The notes under the pieces: model-generated | The model's input: the letters and a program-made list of their open reading frames with translations, nothing else | Database searches by the model: none | What the model was told of the DNA's origin: nothing | Translations under genes and position numbers: made by a program | Part shown: in pieces, positions 63,360 through 64,000 of the stretch | How the letters are laid out: every line of letters begins with the position of its first letter | Numbering within the stretch: position 1 is the first letter of the stretch | DNA from: the human T2T-CHM13v2.0 reference genome, Homo sapiens | Strand: one strand, 5' to 3' | Assembly: GCF_009914755.1 (NCBI RefSeq) | Contig: NC_060947.1 | DNA length: 64,000 nt

Positions 63360-64000
63360 CTGGATCAAGACAAAGAGATAGGGAAGTTCTACAAAGCCTA
63401 CCAATACAACCTTTGGCAAATTAATAAAAATTAAATCCTGGACCTCAGATAAAGAAACACTGCTGGGGCAGGTCTTTACAACCTGTGACAAATGACAATG
63501 GTAAATAGTTATCTTATTATAGTATATTTCAAGCAGAACTATAGGCCAGAACTATGGTGAGGCAAGTGAGGCACCTAGAGTCATGCAAATATATGCACCT
63601 CTAATTGATAAGGACATTTAAAAACATATAAGCAATATAGCATTATACTTCACAAAATTAATAATTCCTTAGTATCATCTAATACCAATGTTATGTTCAA
63701 ATTGTCCTGATTCCATCTAAGATTTTTTTATACTTGTTTATTCAATTCAAAATCTAAACTAGCCTTTGGCTGTTGTATCTCTTAAGATACTTTTATTCTA
63801 AAACAGTGCCTCGTCTCTCCCATCCCTTTATTTCATTTTCTCACTCATCCATTGATTAAATAAACTACATTTGTTCTATGAACAAATGAATTTGATTAAT
63901 CATTTTCTGATGGTGTTGTTTAACTTGTTCCTTAATCCCTTCTATTTCTTGGCAGATAATCCATAACTATGCTACCTAATATAGTAGCCACTGGTCACAT

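Overview
Repeat-dense human genomic DNA, recognisable as Xq22.3. It carries the last three coding exons of RBM41 (minus strand) and the HERV-W processed pseudogene ERVW-2, whose 1629-bp env has a single TGA at codon 39 and a 475-aa N-truncated ORF. Also present are a full-length Tigger1, a 5'-truncated human-specific pre-Ta L1HS, an old EEF1A1 retrocopy, and many Alu, L1, L2, MIR, LTR and MER elements. The main observation lies between the repeats at ~4250-19600. Translated by hand on the minus strand, the leftover unique pieces form a collinear fossil Ty3/Gypsy retrotransposon: a clearly PNMA-like gag, then putative protease, RT, RNase H and integrase, broken up by at least eight later insertions. 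Family assignments and protein similarities come from recalled consensus sequences, not from database searches.
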